Shown one piece after another: positions 24,991 to 39,830 of a stretch of DNA of 64,000 nt. A program made the position numbers and the translations under genes. Under the pieces are notes generated by a model that ran no database searches, was not told the origin of the DNA, and saw only the letters and a list, made by a program, of their open reading frames with translations. Position 1 is the first letter of the stretch. The number at the start of each line of letters is the position of its first letter. This DNA comes from Eledone cirrhosa (lineage: Eukaryota), in the NCBI GenBank assembly GCA_964016885.1, contig OZ024747.1, forward strand, positions 52,204,001 through 52,268,000. Reading direction: 5' to 3'.

Positions 24991-25306
24991 TACCATCCTT
25001 TATTATTGAAAATATAAATATAAACATGTTTTCTATCTAAAATATAAATATGTCTTCTACATTTAACTCTAAATTAGTTGTCTACAAATATTAAATTTAA
25101 TTTTACATCAATGTTCTGTTTTCTTTGAAGCATAACAGAACAAAAGAAAATACGAAAATTAGACTCATGTAAACAAACCAGCTCTGTTACATATTAATCG
25201 TACATTGTACCCCTACAAGATCTTTGATTTGTTTTAACTAGAACCGTCCTACTACCTCCATCACCGCCACTCCAATCCACATTGTTGTCGATGTCATTAT
25301 TAGAAA

Positions 25307-26160
<854 letters not shown>

Positions 26161-26279
26161 ACCATGACGTCTCAGCAAGACCATGTTGTAAACGACATGA
26201 AAAGAAAATCGGCGACAGGTGACTATTTAATTAAGCATTGTTCTTTGCACATTAATGAATTTGGCGCGGCGTAATTATA

Positions 26280-28281
26280 AACCACCACAACCACCACCAC
26301 CACCACCACCACCACATCTCAACCACCACCACCACCACCACCTCCACCACCACTACCACCACCTCCACCACCACTACCACCATCATCACCATCATCATCT
26401 CTACTACCACCACCATCGTCTCTACCCCCACCACCACCACTACCACCATCTCTACCAGCAGCAGCACCACCACCACCACATCTCAACCACCACCTCCACC
26501 ACCACCACCACCTCCACCACTACCATAACCATCATCACCCACACCATCTCTACTACCACCACCATCGTCTCTACCCCCACCACCACCACCACTACCACCA
26601 TCTCTACCACGAGCAGCACCACCACCACCACATCTCAACCACCACCACCACCACCACCTCCACCACTACCATAATCATCATCACCCACACCATCTCTACT
26701 ACCACCACCATCGTCTCTAGCCCCACTATCCATCACTACCACCATCTTTACCACCAGCACCACCACCAGCACCACCACCACATCTCAACCACCACCTCCA
26801 CCACCACCTCCACCACCACTACTACCATCATCACCATCATCATCTCTACTACCACCACCATCGTCTCTACCCCCACCACCACCACTACCACCATCTCTAC
26901 CAGCAGCAGCACCACCACCACCACATCTCAACCACCATCACCACCACCACCACCACCACCAACACCACCTCCTCCACCCCTACCACCATCATCACCATCA
27001 TCATCTCTACTACCACCACCATCGTCTCTACCCCCACCACCACCACTACCACCATCTCTACCACGAGCAGCACCACCACCACCACATCTCAACCACCATC
27101 ACCACCACCACCACCACCACCTCCACCACCACTACTACCATCATCACCATCATCATCTCTACTACCACCACCATCGTCTCTACCCCCACCACCACCACTA
27201 CCACCATCTCTACCAGCAGCAGCACCACCACCACCACATCTCAACCACCATCACCACCACCACCACCACCACCACCACCACCTCCACCACCCCTACCACC
27301 ACCATCATCACCATCATCATCTCTACTACCACCACCATCGTCTCTACCCCCACCACCACCACTACCACCATCTCTACCACGAGCAGCACCACCACCACCA
27401 CATCTCAACCACCATCACCACCACCACCACCACCACCTCCACCACCACTACTACCATCATCACCATCATCATCTCTACTACCACCACCATCGTCTCTACC
27501 CCCACCACCACCACTACCACCATCTCTACCAGCAGCAGCACCACCACCACCACATCTCAACCACCATCACCACCACCACCACCACCACCACCACCACCTC
27601 CACCACCCCTACCACCACCATCATCACCATCATCATCTCTACTACCACCACCATCGTCTCTACCCCCACCACCACCACTACCACCATCTCTACCACGAGC
27701 AGCACCACCACCACCACATCTCAACCACCATCACCACCACCACCACCACCACCTCCACCACCACTACCACCATCATCACCATCATCATCTCTACTACCAC
27801 CACCATCGTCTCTAGCCCCACTATCCATCACTACCGCCATCTTTACCCCAGCACCAGCATTAACCACCACATCTCAACCACCACCACCACCACATCTCAA
27901 CCACCACCACCTCCACCACCACTACCATCACCATCATCATCTCTATTACCACCACCATCATCTTTACCCCCACCACCAGCACCACCACCATCTCTACCAC
28001 CAGCACCACCACCACCACCACATCTCAACCACCACCACCACCACCTCCACCACCACTACCATCACCATCATCACCCACATCATCTCTACTACCACCCCAT
28101 CGTCTCTACCCCCACCACCAGCAACACCACCATCTCTACCACCAGCACCACCACCACCACATCACCACCACCACCACCACCACCACCTCCACCACCACTA
28201 CCACCATCATGACCATCATCATCTCTACTACCACCACCATCGTCTCTAGCCCCACTATCCATCACTACCGCCATCTTTACC

Positions 28282-28312
<31 letters not shown>

Positions 28313-29485
28313 CCACTACCACCATCATCACCATCATCATCTCTACTACCACCACCTCTACCACGACAGCCACCACCATCATCTCTACCACCACAGCCAC
28401 CACCACTACCATCACCACCACCACCAACACCACCACTACCACCGCTATCACCGCCACCACCACCACCACAACCTTCACCACCAACACCACCACTACCACT
28501 ACTACCACCACCACCACCACCAACACCACCACCACCACCACCACAACCATCACCACCACCACCACCACTACCACCACTACCACCGCCACCACCGACCACC
28601 ACCACTTCCATCACCACCACCACCAACACTACCACTATCACCGCTATCACCGCCACCACCACCAACACTACCAACACCACCACTACCACCACCACCACTA
28701 CCATCACCACTACCACCCACGCCACCACTACCACCGCTATCACCGCCACCACCATCACCACAACCATCACCACCAACACCACCACTACCACTACTACCAC
28801 CACCACCACCACCACCACCACCACCATCACCACCACCACCAACACCACCAACACCACCACTACCACTACTACCACCGCCACCACCACCACTACCACCACC
28901 ACCACTACGACCACCACCACCACCACCACCACCACCACCACCACCACCACCACCACCACCACCACCACCACTACGACCACCACCGCCACCGCCACCACCA
29001 CCACCACCACCACCACCACCACCACCACCACCACCACCACCACCACTACGACGACGACCACCACCACCACCACCACCACCACCACCACCACCACCACCAC
29101 CACCACCACGACCACCACCACTACCACCACTACCACCACCACCACCACCACCACCACCGCCACCGCCACCACCACCACGACCACCACTACCACCACCACC
29201 ACCACCACCACCACCACCACCACCACAACCACCACCACCACCACCACCACTACGACCACCACCACCACCACCACCACCACCACCACCACTACGACCACCA
29301 CCACCGCCACCACCACCACCACCACCACCACCACCACCACCACTACGACCACCACCACCACCACCACCACCACCACCACCACCACCACCACCACCACCAC
29401 CACTACGACCACCACCACCGCCACCACCACCACCACCACCACCACCACCACCACCACCACCACCACCACCACCACCACCACCACC
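26280..29485. repeat. (CAC)n-derived minisatellite with about 158/316-bp higher-order period, grading into near-pure (CCA)n
   Basis: Landmarks catcgtctctacccc, catctctaccagcagcag and cacatctcaacc recur; near-identical minus ORFs start at 27085, 27401 and 27717 (316-bp spacing). Confidence 0.92.
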
Positions 29486-29600
29486 AGTTCAAATCCCGCC
29501 GAGGTTGACTTTGCCTTTCATCCTTACGGGGTCGATAAAATAAAGTACCAGTAATGCACTGGGTAATTGCTGGCCTTGTGCCTAAAGTAGAAACAATTAT
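29485..29600 (+). mobile_element. 5'-truncated SINE family A
   Basis: gttcaaatcccgccgaggttgactttgcctttcatccttacggggtcgataaaataaagtaccag...agaaacaattat. Confidence 0.9.
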
Positions 29601-30522
29601 ATAATTTATCTACTAAATTTCGAAGCTCTTCATTAAACATAAATATTCTTATATATAAAGTATTGCTTATTTTAAGATTCATTTCTTTAAAATTTTCAAA
29701 TGTCATACTTCCAGTTAGCGTCCCTTATATCATAATGTCAATACTTCCGGTTAGGGTCCCTTATATCATAACTAACACTCATCACATCGCTTATATAAAC
29801 GTTCATATATTCGCATCGTTATATAAGGTTTATATTTCCGTCGCTAATTTTCTCCTTTATCATAGCATTTTAGTTTATCATATTTGCAGTTTATATATAA
29901 TATTGTCTTCTTTTAGTGTATCATGGATTACTTTACTGATTACAGAAGAGAGTGTAACACAGACTTCGTTCAATTTCTGTGCGTATAGTCAATTACGATT
30001 TTATTTTACATATCATATCTATATGCATGTATATTTGCGTATAACAACAATATGTACACTACACATGCCAGCAGAAAACCACAGAAGAGTGGTTTTTCTG
30101 CTAGTGTATGTAATTAAGACAGTCCATTGCTCTAACCCATTAAAATAAACACCATCATCATCTCTGCCACCACCACCATAAAAAAAAATTGTTAAACCAG
30201 CCACCAACGTGTATTGCTGATTTCATCCAAAGACATTGACAGTAGGAGTCAGGTACTTTATTTATCGATCTGGAAAGGTTGTAATACATAGATGACCTCG
30301 GTGATATTACAACTCACCTTTACAGAGAGCCGGAATTAATATTGCAAAGATTTCGATCTTGTGTATCAACGACTCTACCAATTCACCGCCTACAACTTTC
30401 TTACCAATTGTTTTACTACCTGAAACACAAAAACAGCACAATGGTTAAGAACTTCAGTCCCAGGTTTGATACCATTGCCATCTTTGGCAGATGTCATTTT
30501 GTAATTTACTATGGCCTCGGAG

Positions 30523-30802
30523 CTGAGGCGTAACTGGGGTATGGGAAGCATGGCACGTGGCATAGGCGTCACATGAAGGGGGCGCCACTTGGACAAGTCA
30601 AATAAGCCTTCATCGGAGAGTGAAAAAGAAACTCCTTCAGATGTATGATCTGTTTCTGATTATCTTGGGTGAGAACACTTTGGTGGCTGGATCATTAAAC
30701 CATCTATGTAAATTATTAGGCCTATAGATAAAAATACAGTGCTGGACAGGGGCGCAATTTCACTGCTTGCCATAGGCGCCCTTTTCCTTGGTTATGCCTC
30801 TG
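30523..30802. mobile_element. hAT-type MITE (280 bp) with 8-bp TSD, inserted in a SINE head
   Basis: TSD cctcggag at 30515-30522 and 30803-30810; imperfect TIR ctgaggcgtaac / gttatgcctctg. Confidence 0.85.
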
Positions 30803-31075
30803 CCTCGGAGTGACCGAATGATTAAGGATTTTGCTTCATAAAATTTAGGTTCGTTGCCACTTCTTAGCATTTTAGTCGAACCCTTGTGAGTGAAATTGGG
30901 TAAACACTTCAGATGTGGGCCAACCTTATCACACAATGTGTCATACTGAGTCATCCTGAGAATTACATTAAGGGTACACGTGTCTGTGGAATTTTCAGCC
31001 ATTTACACGTTGATTCCATGCAGAGAAAGTTCAGTTGATCGAACAGGTGGAACACTCATCGTTGAAATTGGTGGA
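30803..31075 (+). mobile_element. SINE family B copy
   Basis: Matches 22720-23010 and 34030-34315. Confidence 0.75.
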
Positions 31076-31461
31076 GGTCCATTCCAATCCTCATTTGCTG
31101 TTCTTATATTTTAACAACTCAACCCTGGGGAAGAACGTTTGGTCTTTAAAATAATAAAGATTAACGCTTAATCCAGTGAGGAATAATAAGAAATTCCAAT
31201 GAAGGCATGCTTCGATTTGGGAATAGACAGCAAAGAGAATAAAAACAAACAGTTTATCGTGAAAAATGGTCGATCAAATGACAAGTCCAACTTGAATAAT
31301 ATTAACATTGGGTCAATTATATTAACATTCAGACTTTACTTTATGTATGTAAATGAAATTTTTAACTCTTTTCAAAAGAGTTCTCGATATACAATTGTTA
31401 TGATGTTGACAACAAACATAATGGCATGTAAATTGTGAATTGTATTGTCTAAGAGAGATGT

Positions 31462-32297
31462 ATTGTTGTTGTTGTTATTGTTGTTATTGTTCATGTTGTT
31501 GTTGGTGAATGTGGTAGTGGTTGTGCTGTTGTTGTTGTTGTTGTTGTTGGTAAAGGTGGTAGTGGTTGTGCTGTTGTTGTTGTTGTTGTTGCTACTGCAG
31601 TTGTTGTTGTTGTTGTTGGTAAAGCTGGTAGTGGTTGTGCTGTTGTTGTTGTTGTTGTTGCTACTGCAGTTGTTGTTGTTGTTGTTGGTAAAGGTGGTAG
31701 TGGTTGTGCTGTTGTTGTTGTTGTTGCTACTGCAGTTGTTGTTGTTGTTGGTAAAAGTGGTAGTGGTTGTGCTGTTGTTGTTGTTGTTGTTGCTACTGCA
31801 GTTGTTGTTGTTGTTGTTGGTAAAAGTGGTAGTGGTTGTGCTGTTGTTGTTGTTGTTGTTGTTGTTGTTGGTAAAGGTGGTAGCGGTTGTGATGTTGTTA
31901 TTGTTGCTACTGCAGTTGTTGTTGTTGGTAAAGGTGGTAGCGGTTGTGCTGTTGTTGTTGCTACTGCAGTTGTTGTTGTTGTTGGTGGTGGTGGTGGTGG
32001 TGGTGGTGGTGGTGGTGGTGGTGGCGGCGGTGGTTGTGGTGGCGGTGTTGATGGTGGTGGTGGTGGTGGTGGTGGTAGTGTTGCTGTTGGCGGTTCTTGT
32101 GTTGGTCGTTGTGGTGGCGGTGGTGATGGTGGTGGTGGCGGCGGTGGCGGTGGTGATGGTGATGGTGGTGGTGGTGGTGATGGTGTTGCTGTTGGCGGTT
32201 GTTGTGTTGGTGGTGGAAGTGGTGATGGTGTTGCTGTTGTTGATATTGTCGTCGGTGGTGTTTCTGTTGTTGTTATTGTTATTGTTGTTGTTGTTTT
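31462..32297. repeat. (GTT)n/(GGT)n tract with about 66-69-bp higher-order unit
   Basis: ggtaaaggtggtagtggttgtgc...gctactgcag recurs about 7 times in 31505-31975. Confidence 0.9.
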
Positions 32298-32689
32298 AAA
32301 CCTCTAACTACTTTACTCAAACATTCTTTTTTTTTTCTCTCATCACAAACTCAATTTCAATGATATGAATGACAACGAGGAACACAACAACCACAACAAC
32401 AACAACAACAACAAGTAGGGCCATTACTACAGCAGCAACAACAAGCACAACAAAGGCATCAGCAGCACCACCACCAACAACAACAACAATATCGGTAGCA
32501 GCAACATCAAAAAGAAAAATCGTACCAGAAACAAACAAAACAAAACAATGATTATGATGTCAAGGAAAATAATATTAACAACAACAACAACAATGGTTTT
32601 ATGAAACTCTGTCAATTCCTAAATTAGAAAATATTAGATTACTAGATGTATTTTATCGATTCTGTGATATTGTAATTTTGAGATCCTGG

Positions 32690-33890
32690 GATTCTGTGAG
32701 TCTGTGCTTCTGTGATTCTGTGATTCTGTGCTTCTGTGATTCTGTGATTCTGTGATTCTGTGAGTCTGTGAGTCTGTGCTTCTGTGCTTCTGTGATTCTG
32801 TGAGTCTGTGATTCTGTGATTCTGTGATTCTGTGCTTCTGTGAGTCTGTGAGTCTGTGATTCTGTGATTCTGTGAGTCTGTGATTCTGTGATTCTGTGAT
32901 TCTGTGCTTCTGTGATTCTGTGATTCTGTGATTCTGTGAGTCTGTGATTCTGTGCTTCTGTGAGTCTGTGAGTCTGTGATTCTGAGAGTCTGTGCTTCTG
33001 TGATTCTGTGATTCTGTGATTCTGTGCTTCTGTGAGTCTGTGCTTCTGTGAGTCTGTGCTTCTGTGATTCTGTGCTTCTGTGAGTCTGTGCTTCTGTGAT
33101 TCTGTGATTCTGTGAGTCTGTGAGTCTGTGATTCTGTGCTTCTGTGAGTCTGTGAGTCTGTGATTCTGTGATTCTGTGATTCTGTGCTTCTGTGAGTCTG
33201 TGCTTCTGTGATTCTGTGCTTCTGTGAGTCTGTGATTCCGTGATTCTGTGATTCTGTGAGTCTGTGAGTCTGTGAGTCTGTGCTTCTGTGATTCTGTGCT
33301 TCTGTGCTTCTGTGCTTCTGTGATTCTGTGAGTCTGTGAGTCTGTGATTCTGTGCTTCTGTGATTCTATGCTTCTGTGAGTCTGTGCTTCTGTGATTCTG
33401 TGAGTCTGTGATTCTGTGATTCTGTGCTTCTGTGATTCTGTGCTTCTGTGATTCTGTGAGTCTGTGATTCTGTGATTCTGTGCTTCTGTGAGTCTGTGAG
33501 TCTGTGATTCTGTGCTTCTGTGCTTCTGTGATTCTGTGATTCTGTGATTCTGTGCTTCTGTGAGTCTGTGAGTCTGTGCTTCTGTGATTCTGTGCTTCTG
33601 TGATTCTGTGAGTCTGTGATTCTGTGATTCTGTGATTCTGTGAGTCTGTGCTTCTGTGATTCTGTGAGTCTGTGAGTCTGTGATTCTGTGATTATGTGAG
33701 TCTGTGAGTCTGTGCTTCTGTGAGTCTGTGCTTCTGTGATTCTGTGCTTCTGTGAGTCTGTGAGTCTGTGAGTCTGTGCTTCTGTGCTTCTGTGATTTTG
33801 TGCTTCTGTGCTTCTGTGCTTCTATGATTCTGTGATTCTGTGATTCTGTGCTTCTGTGATTCTGTGCTTCTGTGATTCTGTGATTCTGTG
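32690..33890. repeat. Octamer minisatellite with three interspersed variants (TCTGTGAT/TCTGTGAG/TCTGTGCT), about 150 units
   Basis: Seen directly; strict 8-bp phase. Confidence 0.95.
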
Positions 33891-34029
33891 CCAACATTTG
33901 TAAAACGTGTCAATGTGTGGTTGTTTATGAATTAATTTAGTAATAAAATAGTTTGGCACTTTTATATTCAGTTGTTGGTAACAAGCTCAGTCCTATTATC
34001 ATTTGGTTAGTTCATAGCACGCCAGCCTC

Positions 34030-34315
34030 ACCGTGGTCTTATGGTTAGGGTATCCAACTCACAATCGTAAGGTCGTCGGTTGGATTACCGGCGCTGTGTT
34101 GTGTCCTTGAGCAAGACACTTAATTTCACGTTCCTCCACTCAGCTGGCAAAAATGAGTTGTACCTGTTATTCGAAGGGCCAGCCTTGTCACATTGTGTGT
34201 CACGCTAAATCTCCCTGAGAACTACGTTAAGGGTACATGTGTCTATGGAATGCTCAGCCACTTGCACATTAATTTCATGAGTAGGCTATTCCATTGATCC
34301 GATCAGCAATGTCTT
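34030..34315 (+). mobile_element. tRNA/CORE-like SINE family B
   Basis: gtggtcttatggttaggg...ggttggattacc...tgtgtccttgagcaagacactt...tctccctgagaactacgttaaggg. Confidence 0.8.
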
Positions 34316-34864
34316 CTCCATCCTGTCTGTCGGGACAGACGACATAGGATAAGAGTAGGGTGGCAGTTTTCAGACAAAAGGGTTAATGATGCTGACACGC
34401 GCACATACACACACACACACACACGCACACACGCACACATACACACACGTACATACACACACGTACATAAACACACATATATACACACACACACACATAC
34501 ACACACACCCATACATACAGACACACACATACACACACATACACACATACACACACATATACACACATACATACACATACACATACATACACGCACATAT
34601 GCACACACAGTTACACACACACGTACACACATATACACACACACAAGCACACACACATACACACACATACACACACACATACAAGCACACACACATACAC
34701 CCCCCCCCCCCCACCACCACCACCACACACACACATAAACACACACACATACACACAAATATATGAAACATAACAACCACATGTTCAATGCCGATAAAGA
34801 GGTTTGTCAGAAAAGAAACAGGAATGCGGTTGTAAAAAAAAAAAAAAAAAAATTCAACTTCTAA

Positions 34865-35045
34865 CTATCGGCCCCAGGGCTACCTCCTTACTCACCACCA
34901 TAGGCGCGGAGCTAGCCAGCCGCAAGTGTGAGCCCCGCGAGTTGGAGTGGGTTTTCCAGCGCGTCTCCCTTGCCGTCCTGCGGGGAAACGCCTTCTCCAT
35001 TCTGTCCGCCGGGGCTGTGGGTGGGCCCCATCGCGTACCGTTGTA
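34865..35045 (+). mobile_element. 3' end of CRE-like non-LTR retrotransposon
   Basis: GPRATSLLTTIGAELASRKCEPRELEWVFQRVSLAVLRGNAFSIL; GC-rich; same family as 46590-47050. Confidence 0.8.
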
Positions 35046-35107
35046 GTTGTTGTAGAAGAAACAGGAAAACAACTGGAAAGGTTGATTTTCTACTTTATCA
35101 TTTACTT

Positions 35108-35290
35108 TTGGCAGTATCAGTAGAGGGTCGGACGCCATGCATTCCAGCATAGTTACGTCCCTTTACGATCTGAGTTCAAATCCCGCCGTGGTTGACTTTG
35201 CCTTTCGTCCTTACGGGGTCGATGAAATAAAGTACTAGTAATGCACTGGGTAATTGCTGGCCTTGTGCCTAACGTAGAAACAATTATTAT
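35108..35290 (+). mobile_element. SINE family A
   Basis: ttggcagtatcagtagag...gagttcaaatccc...ccttacggggtcgat...agaaacaattatt. Confidence 0.9.
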
Positions 35291-35439
35291 GTATTAAACT
35301 TCCAATATAAGATACTGAAGGGAATAAAATTCTAAAATGCCTGGAAAAAAAAAAGTTTTACTCTTCAAACTAACCCCACCTCGAATATAACACATCTCTC
35401 CACCACGCCTCCTTGGACTCCTGGAATAATTCTCTCAAG

Positions 35440-35770
35440 ATTCGCCGCAGGTCTGTAGTCATGGCTCTCTTGTTAGCCCTGGTGCTTGGTCTCTGGGTCG
35501 CATTAGAAGATCCATGACTCATCACTGGTGATAACTTTCCCCAGCAAGTCTGGTTCGGTTTCAAGACATTCGAGGATGTTCTAACACATCTGCGTTTGTA
35601 GCTCCTTCCTGGACATCGTTCAGCAGCTTCGGTTCCATCTTCTCGCAGATCTTCCACATGTCCAAATCTTAGGTGATAATCTACCAAAGTCTGTCGCTAT
35701 TCATGCCCAGTTCACTTGCGATCAGTCGAACAGTCAGCCGAAGATCACCGCCTAACGTTGGTCTCATTCC
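35440..35770 (-). mobile_element. Degenerate mariner transposase fragment
   Basis: Minus strand: DLRLTVRLIASELGM...WKICEKMEPKLL...LLGKVITSDESWIF*CDPETK, matching mariner WVP and TGDETW..YDPETK motifs, with stops and frameshifts. Confidence 0.8.
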
Positions 35771-35876
35771 TGCTCGTATGTATGGCCGGAGGTCACTGTA
35801 TTGATGCCAGCGATCTTCGTTTTTTTGTTCTTATATATGTGTGTGCGCGCGTGTGTGTGTGTGTAGATAGATATAC

Positions 35877-35912
<36 letters not shown>

Positions 35913-36040
35913 CAATGAAAAAGAGTTAGTTGATTTGTAATATATTTATCCAGAGTATTATTATAATAATAATAGTATTAAACGAAGACAAGAGATTTAG
36001 TACTGCTTTATCTGAATTAATTTGGTCGCTTAAAAATAAT

Positions 36041-36456
36041 TGTTTCTACCTTTTGGCACAAGGCCAGCAATTATCCCACTGCATTACTGGTACTTTATTT
36101 TATCGACTACGTAAGGATGAAAGGCAAAGTTAACCTCGGCGGGATTTGAACTCAGAATGTCAAGGGCCGTAACTATGCGTCAAAGCATGGCGTCCGACCC
36201 TCTACCGATACTGCCAATCCACCGTCGCTTAAAAATAATGATTTCTAGTATAGGCACAAGGCCAGTAATTTTGAGGGAAGGGGAAAGTCGATTAAATCGA
36301 CCCCAGTACGTTACTGGTGCTTTATTTTATCGACCCCGTAAGGATGAAAGGCAAAGTTAACCTCAGCGGGATTTGAACTCAGACCGTAAAGGGCAGTAAC
36401 TCTATGCTGCAAAGTATAGTGTCCGACGCTCTACCGATACTCCCAATCCACCGCCC
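36041..36456 (-). mobile_element. Two SINE family A copies inserted sequentially at one site
   Basis: Target sequence (ttg)gtcgcttaaaaataat present three times: 36022-36040, 36224-36239, 36457-36475. Confidence 0.92.
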
Positions 36457-37625
36457 TTGGTCGCTTAAAAATAATAATATAGAATATTTTCAGTCTTGGC
36501 ATAAACATGCTAATGCTTTACCTGATTAAAATTCTGCCATCTCTAAGAGTTGTAACCTATGTACCTCTGAAATTCTTTATTTTCTTAATAATAGAAAACT
36601 TATTATTAATAAACGATCTCAGATCTTCAGTTCGTGACTCCATCGATTCTTGAAAACGTTTCATTGAGTTTTTAGTTAAGCTTTAAAACAGATAACATAA
36701 TAATGAATATCCCTTTATATGTAGTTTTTAATTTTTGCCTCCACCTATTCTCGAATGCGTTTAGAGTTTTTAATAAAGCTTTATATATATATAAAATAAT
36801 AAGAGAGGTAGTACTCCTTTATATATAATTTTTAAGTGATTTTGTTATCTTTATTTTAAAAATCTAGATTATATGACAAAATAAGTTAACTAATTTTCCT
36901 CCGTTATTTTTTTATTCGTTATAATCTTCCCCCGTTACAATTTTTCATCTACTTTAAGTTTAGGTTGTATCTAAATAAATTAAATTTAATATAAATTGAT
37001 AAATTTGGCTATAATGCATACATTCTTTCTTTCTAAATAGTTACACAAAATATTAATAGTCTCTTCTATACATATATCAACTACTTAAATAAGATTGTCG
37101 AATTGATAAATTTGACATAGTTAATTATTTCCCTTCTTTTGAAATAAATAATTTACCTCATAACATCATAACCTACTCAACTATATATTTTTTTTAAAGA
37201 ACCATATCAATTATTAAATACATTTCTACTCAATAATTTCAGTATATAATTATACTTAAACAAAATAACTTTCAAATTCTGTAATCCAAATTCTTTCCCC
37301 CGTTATTATTATATTTTCATAATACTATTTTGTTTCCTAGAATATTTCTTTGTTTTTTCCTTTGATACAATATCTATTTTTGATTCAACACTTATTTTAA
37401 TTGATTATAAGCAATAGACTGAATAACGGTCAATTTTGGTTTTGTTTTTTGACCAATCTAATTACGCTAAATAATTTATTAAACGTTTAAACCAACTGTA
37501 ATGTTTTCTCCCTGTCACGTAACCCCCTATGTGTTGAGTTTTTCTAGTCATATGCTTGGTGGTCACCGGTCTGTCCAGCTCGTTTGTCTACCAACACATG
37601 ATGAAAAAATTAGACAACTCGTATG

Positions 37626-37703
37626 TATTTTGTCTGACGAGGACAAGTTTTGGTTTGTGTTATACATAAAACTTTGCATCTTCAAAATATATATAATGAA
37701 ATA
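37626..37703 (+). ncRNA. Decayed type I hammerhead motif (GAAA mutated to AAAA)
   Basis: tattttgt-CTGACGA-gga...aagtttt/aaaactt...ttc-AAAA-tatata-TA-atgaaata. Confidence 0.6.
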
Positions 37704-38436
37704 GAGATGATATAAAGTATATATCTTTTGTTTATTGCTATTGTTATTATAATTATTATTATATGTGTGTGTGGATGTGTGTCTGTGTGTGTGTGTGTGT
37801 GTGTAATGAATGTATGTGTTTCTGTGTTATGTCTATAAGATAGATATGTGTGTATTTAAAACAAGAAGGGCGGATATCAGATGTGTAATCGCAGTTAATG
37901 CGCTAACAGATATTTTCAGAGATAAGATAACACCAACATGTTATACAGAATACATAAACACACAACACACACATTAACGTATATACACACACACATAACC
38001 TATAGGCATATACATTAATATATATGTATAAAATACAGACAGACATATATACATAAATTCACACACACATTCATACATACATACATACATACATGCATAC
38101 ACACATACATACATACATACATACACACATACATACACACATACATACATGCATACATACATACATACATACATACATACATACATACATACATACATAC
38201 ATACATACATACATACATACATACATACATAGAATGTGAGAACAGCCTTCAGTGAAAATCGCTTATAATTCGACACGTGCATTTTGTGTCCCACGTGCAA
38301 AATGCCCTTCAGTGTCAGACAAGTTGTTCCGGTGTCAGGATATCTTTACCACTCTATTAATCTTACCCCACCCCACCCCACCATTATTTCCCCACTCTAC
38401 CACACACAGACTCTTTCACTTTCTTTTCCTACGTTC

Positions 38437-38507
<71 letters not shown>

Positions 38508-38665
38508 TATATATATATATATATATATAAGTATGTATAACAGCCGTACTAAGAGTGAGAAATGAAATTTCGTTTCATTTGTTTCCGTTTATATATATAT
38601 ATATATATTTATATATACATACATACATACAACATACATACACGCGCTGTTGATACACGCTCATC

Positions 38666-38754
<89 letters not shown>

Positions 38755-38759
<5 letters not shown>

Positions 38760-38955
38760 GAAGGTATTGTGGTAAGGAACCAGATGGACCATAACGCACC
38801 AGAGTACTCAATATTTAGGGTAGTAGAGTGGGAAATAGGAAAAAGTATGACCCCGACGGCAGAGCTCAAGCAGTTTCGACGGCTATTTCTGGACAGTCCA
38901 GAAATAGCCGTCGAAACGGCTTGAGCTCTGCCGTCGGGGTCATACTTTTTCCTAT
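38755..38955. mobile_element. Fold-back pLTR fragment (fourth family), centre 38895
   Basis: 38835-38894 is the reverse complement of 38896-38955; carries HHR 3' half GAAA-cggc...gcc-GTC-gggg. Confidence 0.8.
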
Positions 38956-38959
38956 ATAC

Positions 38960-39001
<42 letters not shown>

Positions 39002-39005
39002 GTGT

Positions 39006-39153
<148 letters not shown>

Positions 39154-39249
39154 CGAAATAGATACGTATTGAACTTATATGACTCTTATTAATGAAAATC
39201 TTGCTGTTTTAATGACTTGAAACTCATATTTAAGAACACCAAATACGAT

Positions 39250-39830
39250 GGAACCGCAACTGTGCACCTGTAAAATTGGGCGGCTTAACTAGGTGTTTAA
39301 ATTACAGGCTGACACAGTAGAAGAGGGTGAAGATGGACAACAGCTCGAAACCGCAAGTATTAGAGGAGTGTTGGGTGAAGTGTTGTAAGGAAGGAGAAAA
39401 CTGTAAACCAGCCACTGTAAGAAAGTACATCAGCCGAATATGGGAAGAATTTGAGAAGTCTCAGTTGACCCGGACAGCAAATACCACTTCCTCTATTTTA
39501 CCAGCAACAAACTCGAACTTGTTCTATGGAGCAAGGAAGGAAATGTGTTGAATTTGATGGAGCTTACTGTTTCTTGGGAAGCAAATATCCATGATGCATT
39601 CAACAGGAAAACCAGGAAGTAGGGTGAGTTGATTGAACTCTATAAAAGAAGCAGATGGTGTAATAATGTTTCCCCGAAGAGATAGATGGCATAGAATTTG
39701 TCAGAACCAGGGTTGACTTGTTACTCAAGGCTTTTGGACTGACGGCAAAATAAAGGAAACACTTTTCCAGCGAGTCACAATATCCGCCCAAAAAAGCTCA
39801 ATGTTGCGTCTGACATCGACTCATCATCGA
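39250..39830 (+). mobile_element. Degenerate RLE-type (HERO-like) LINE endonuclease fragment
   Basis: LELVLWSKEGNVLNLMELTVSWEANIHDAFNRKTRK*GEL resembles PD.V.W...ELTVPWE...RK..KY of restriction-like endonucleases. Confidence 0.6.

Larger units (their letters stand above)
35982..37745 (+). mobile_element. 3' part of a PLE: EN C-terminus, AT-rich spacer, pLTR
   Basis: KRFSTALSELIWSLKNN [SINEs] NIEYFQSW...SKSCNLCTSEILY...INKRSQIFSS*LHRF; decayed HHR at 37626-37703. Confidence 0.8.

Noticed and set aside
28209-29543. Long poly-Pro/His/Val ORFs (also 2248-3558, 9790-11952, 31445-32299) resembling extensin or formin
   Set aside because: Translations of trinucleotide tracts, open in several frames on both strands, with no unique domain or splice context
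36635-36637. In-frame TGA at the conserved Cys of the PLE SxCxH motif (possible selenocysteine)
   Set aside because: The copy is decayed and frameshifted, other copies have TGT/TGC, and no SECIS was recognised; a single substitution explains it
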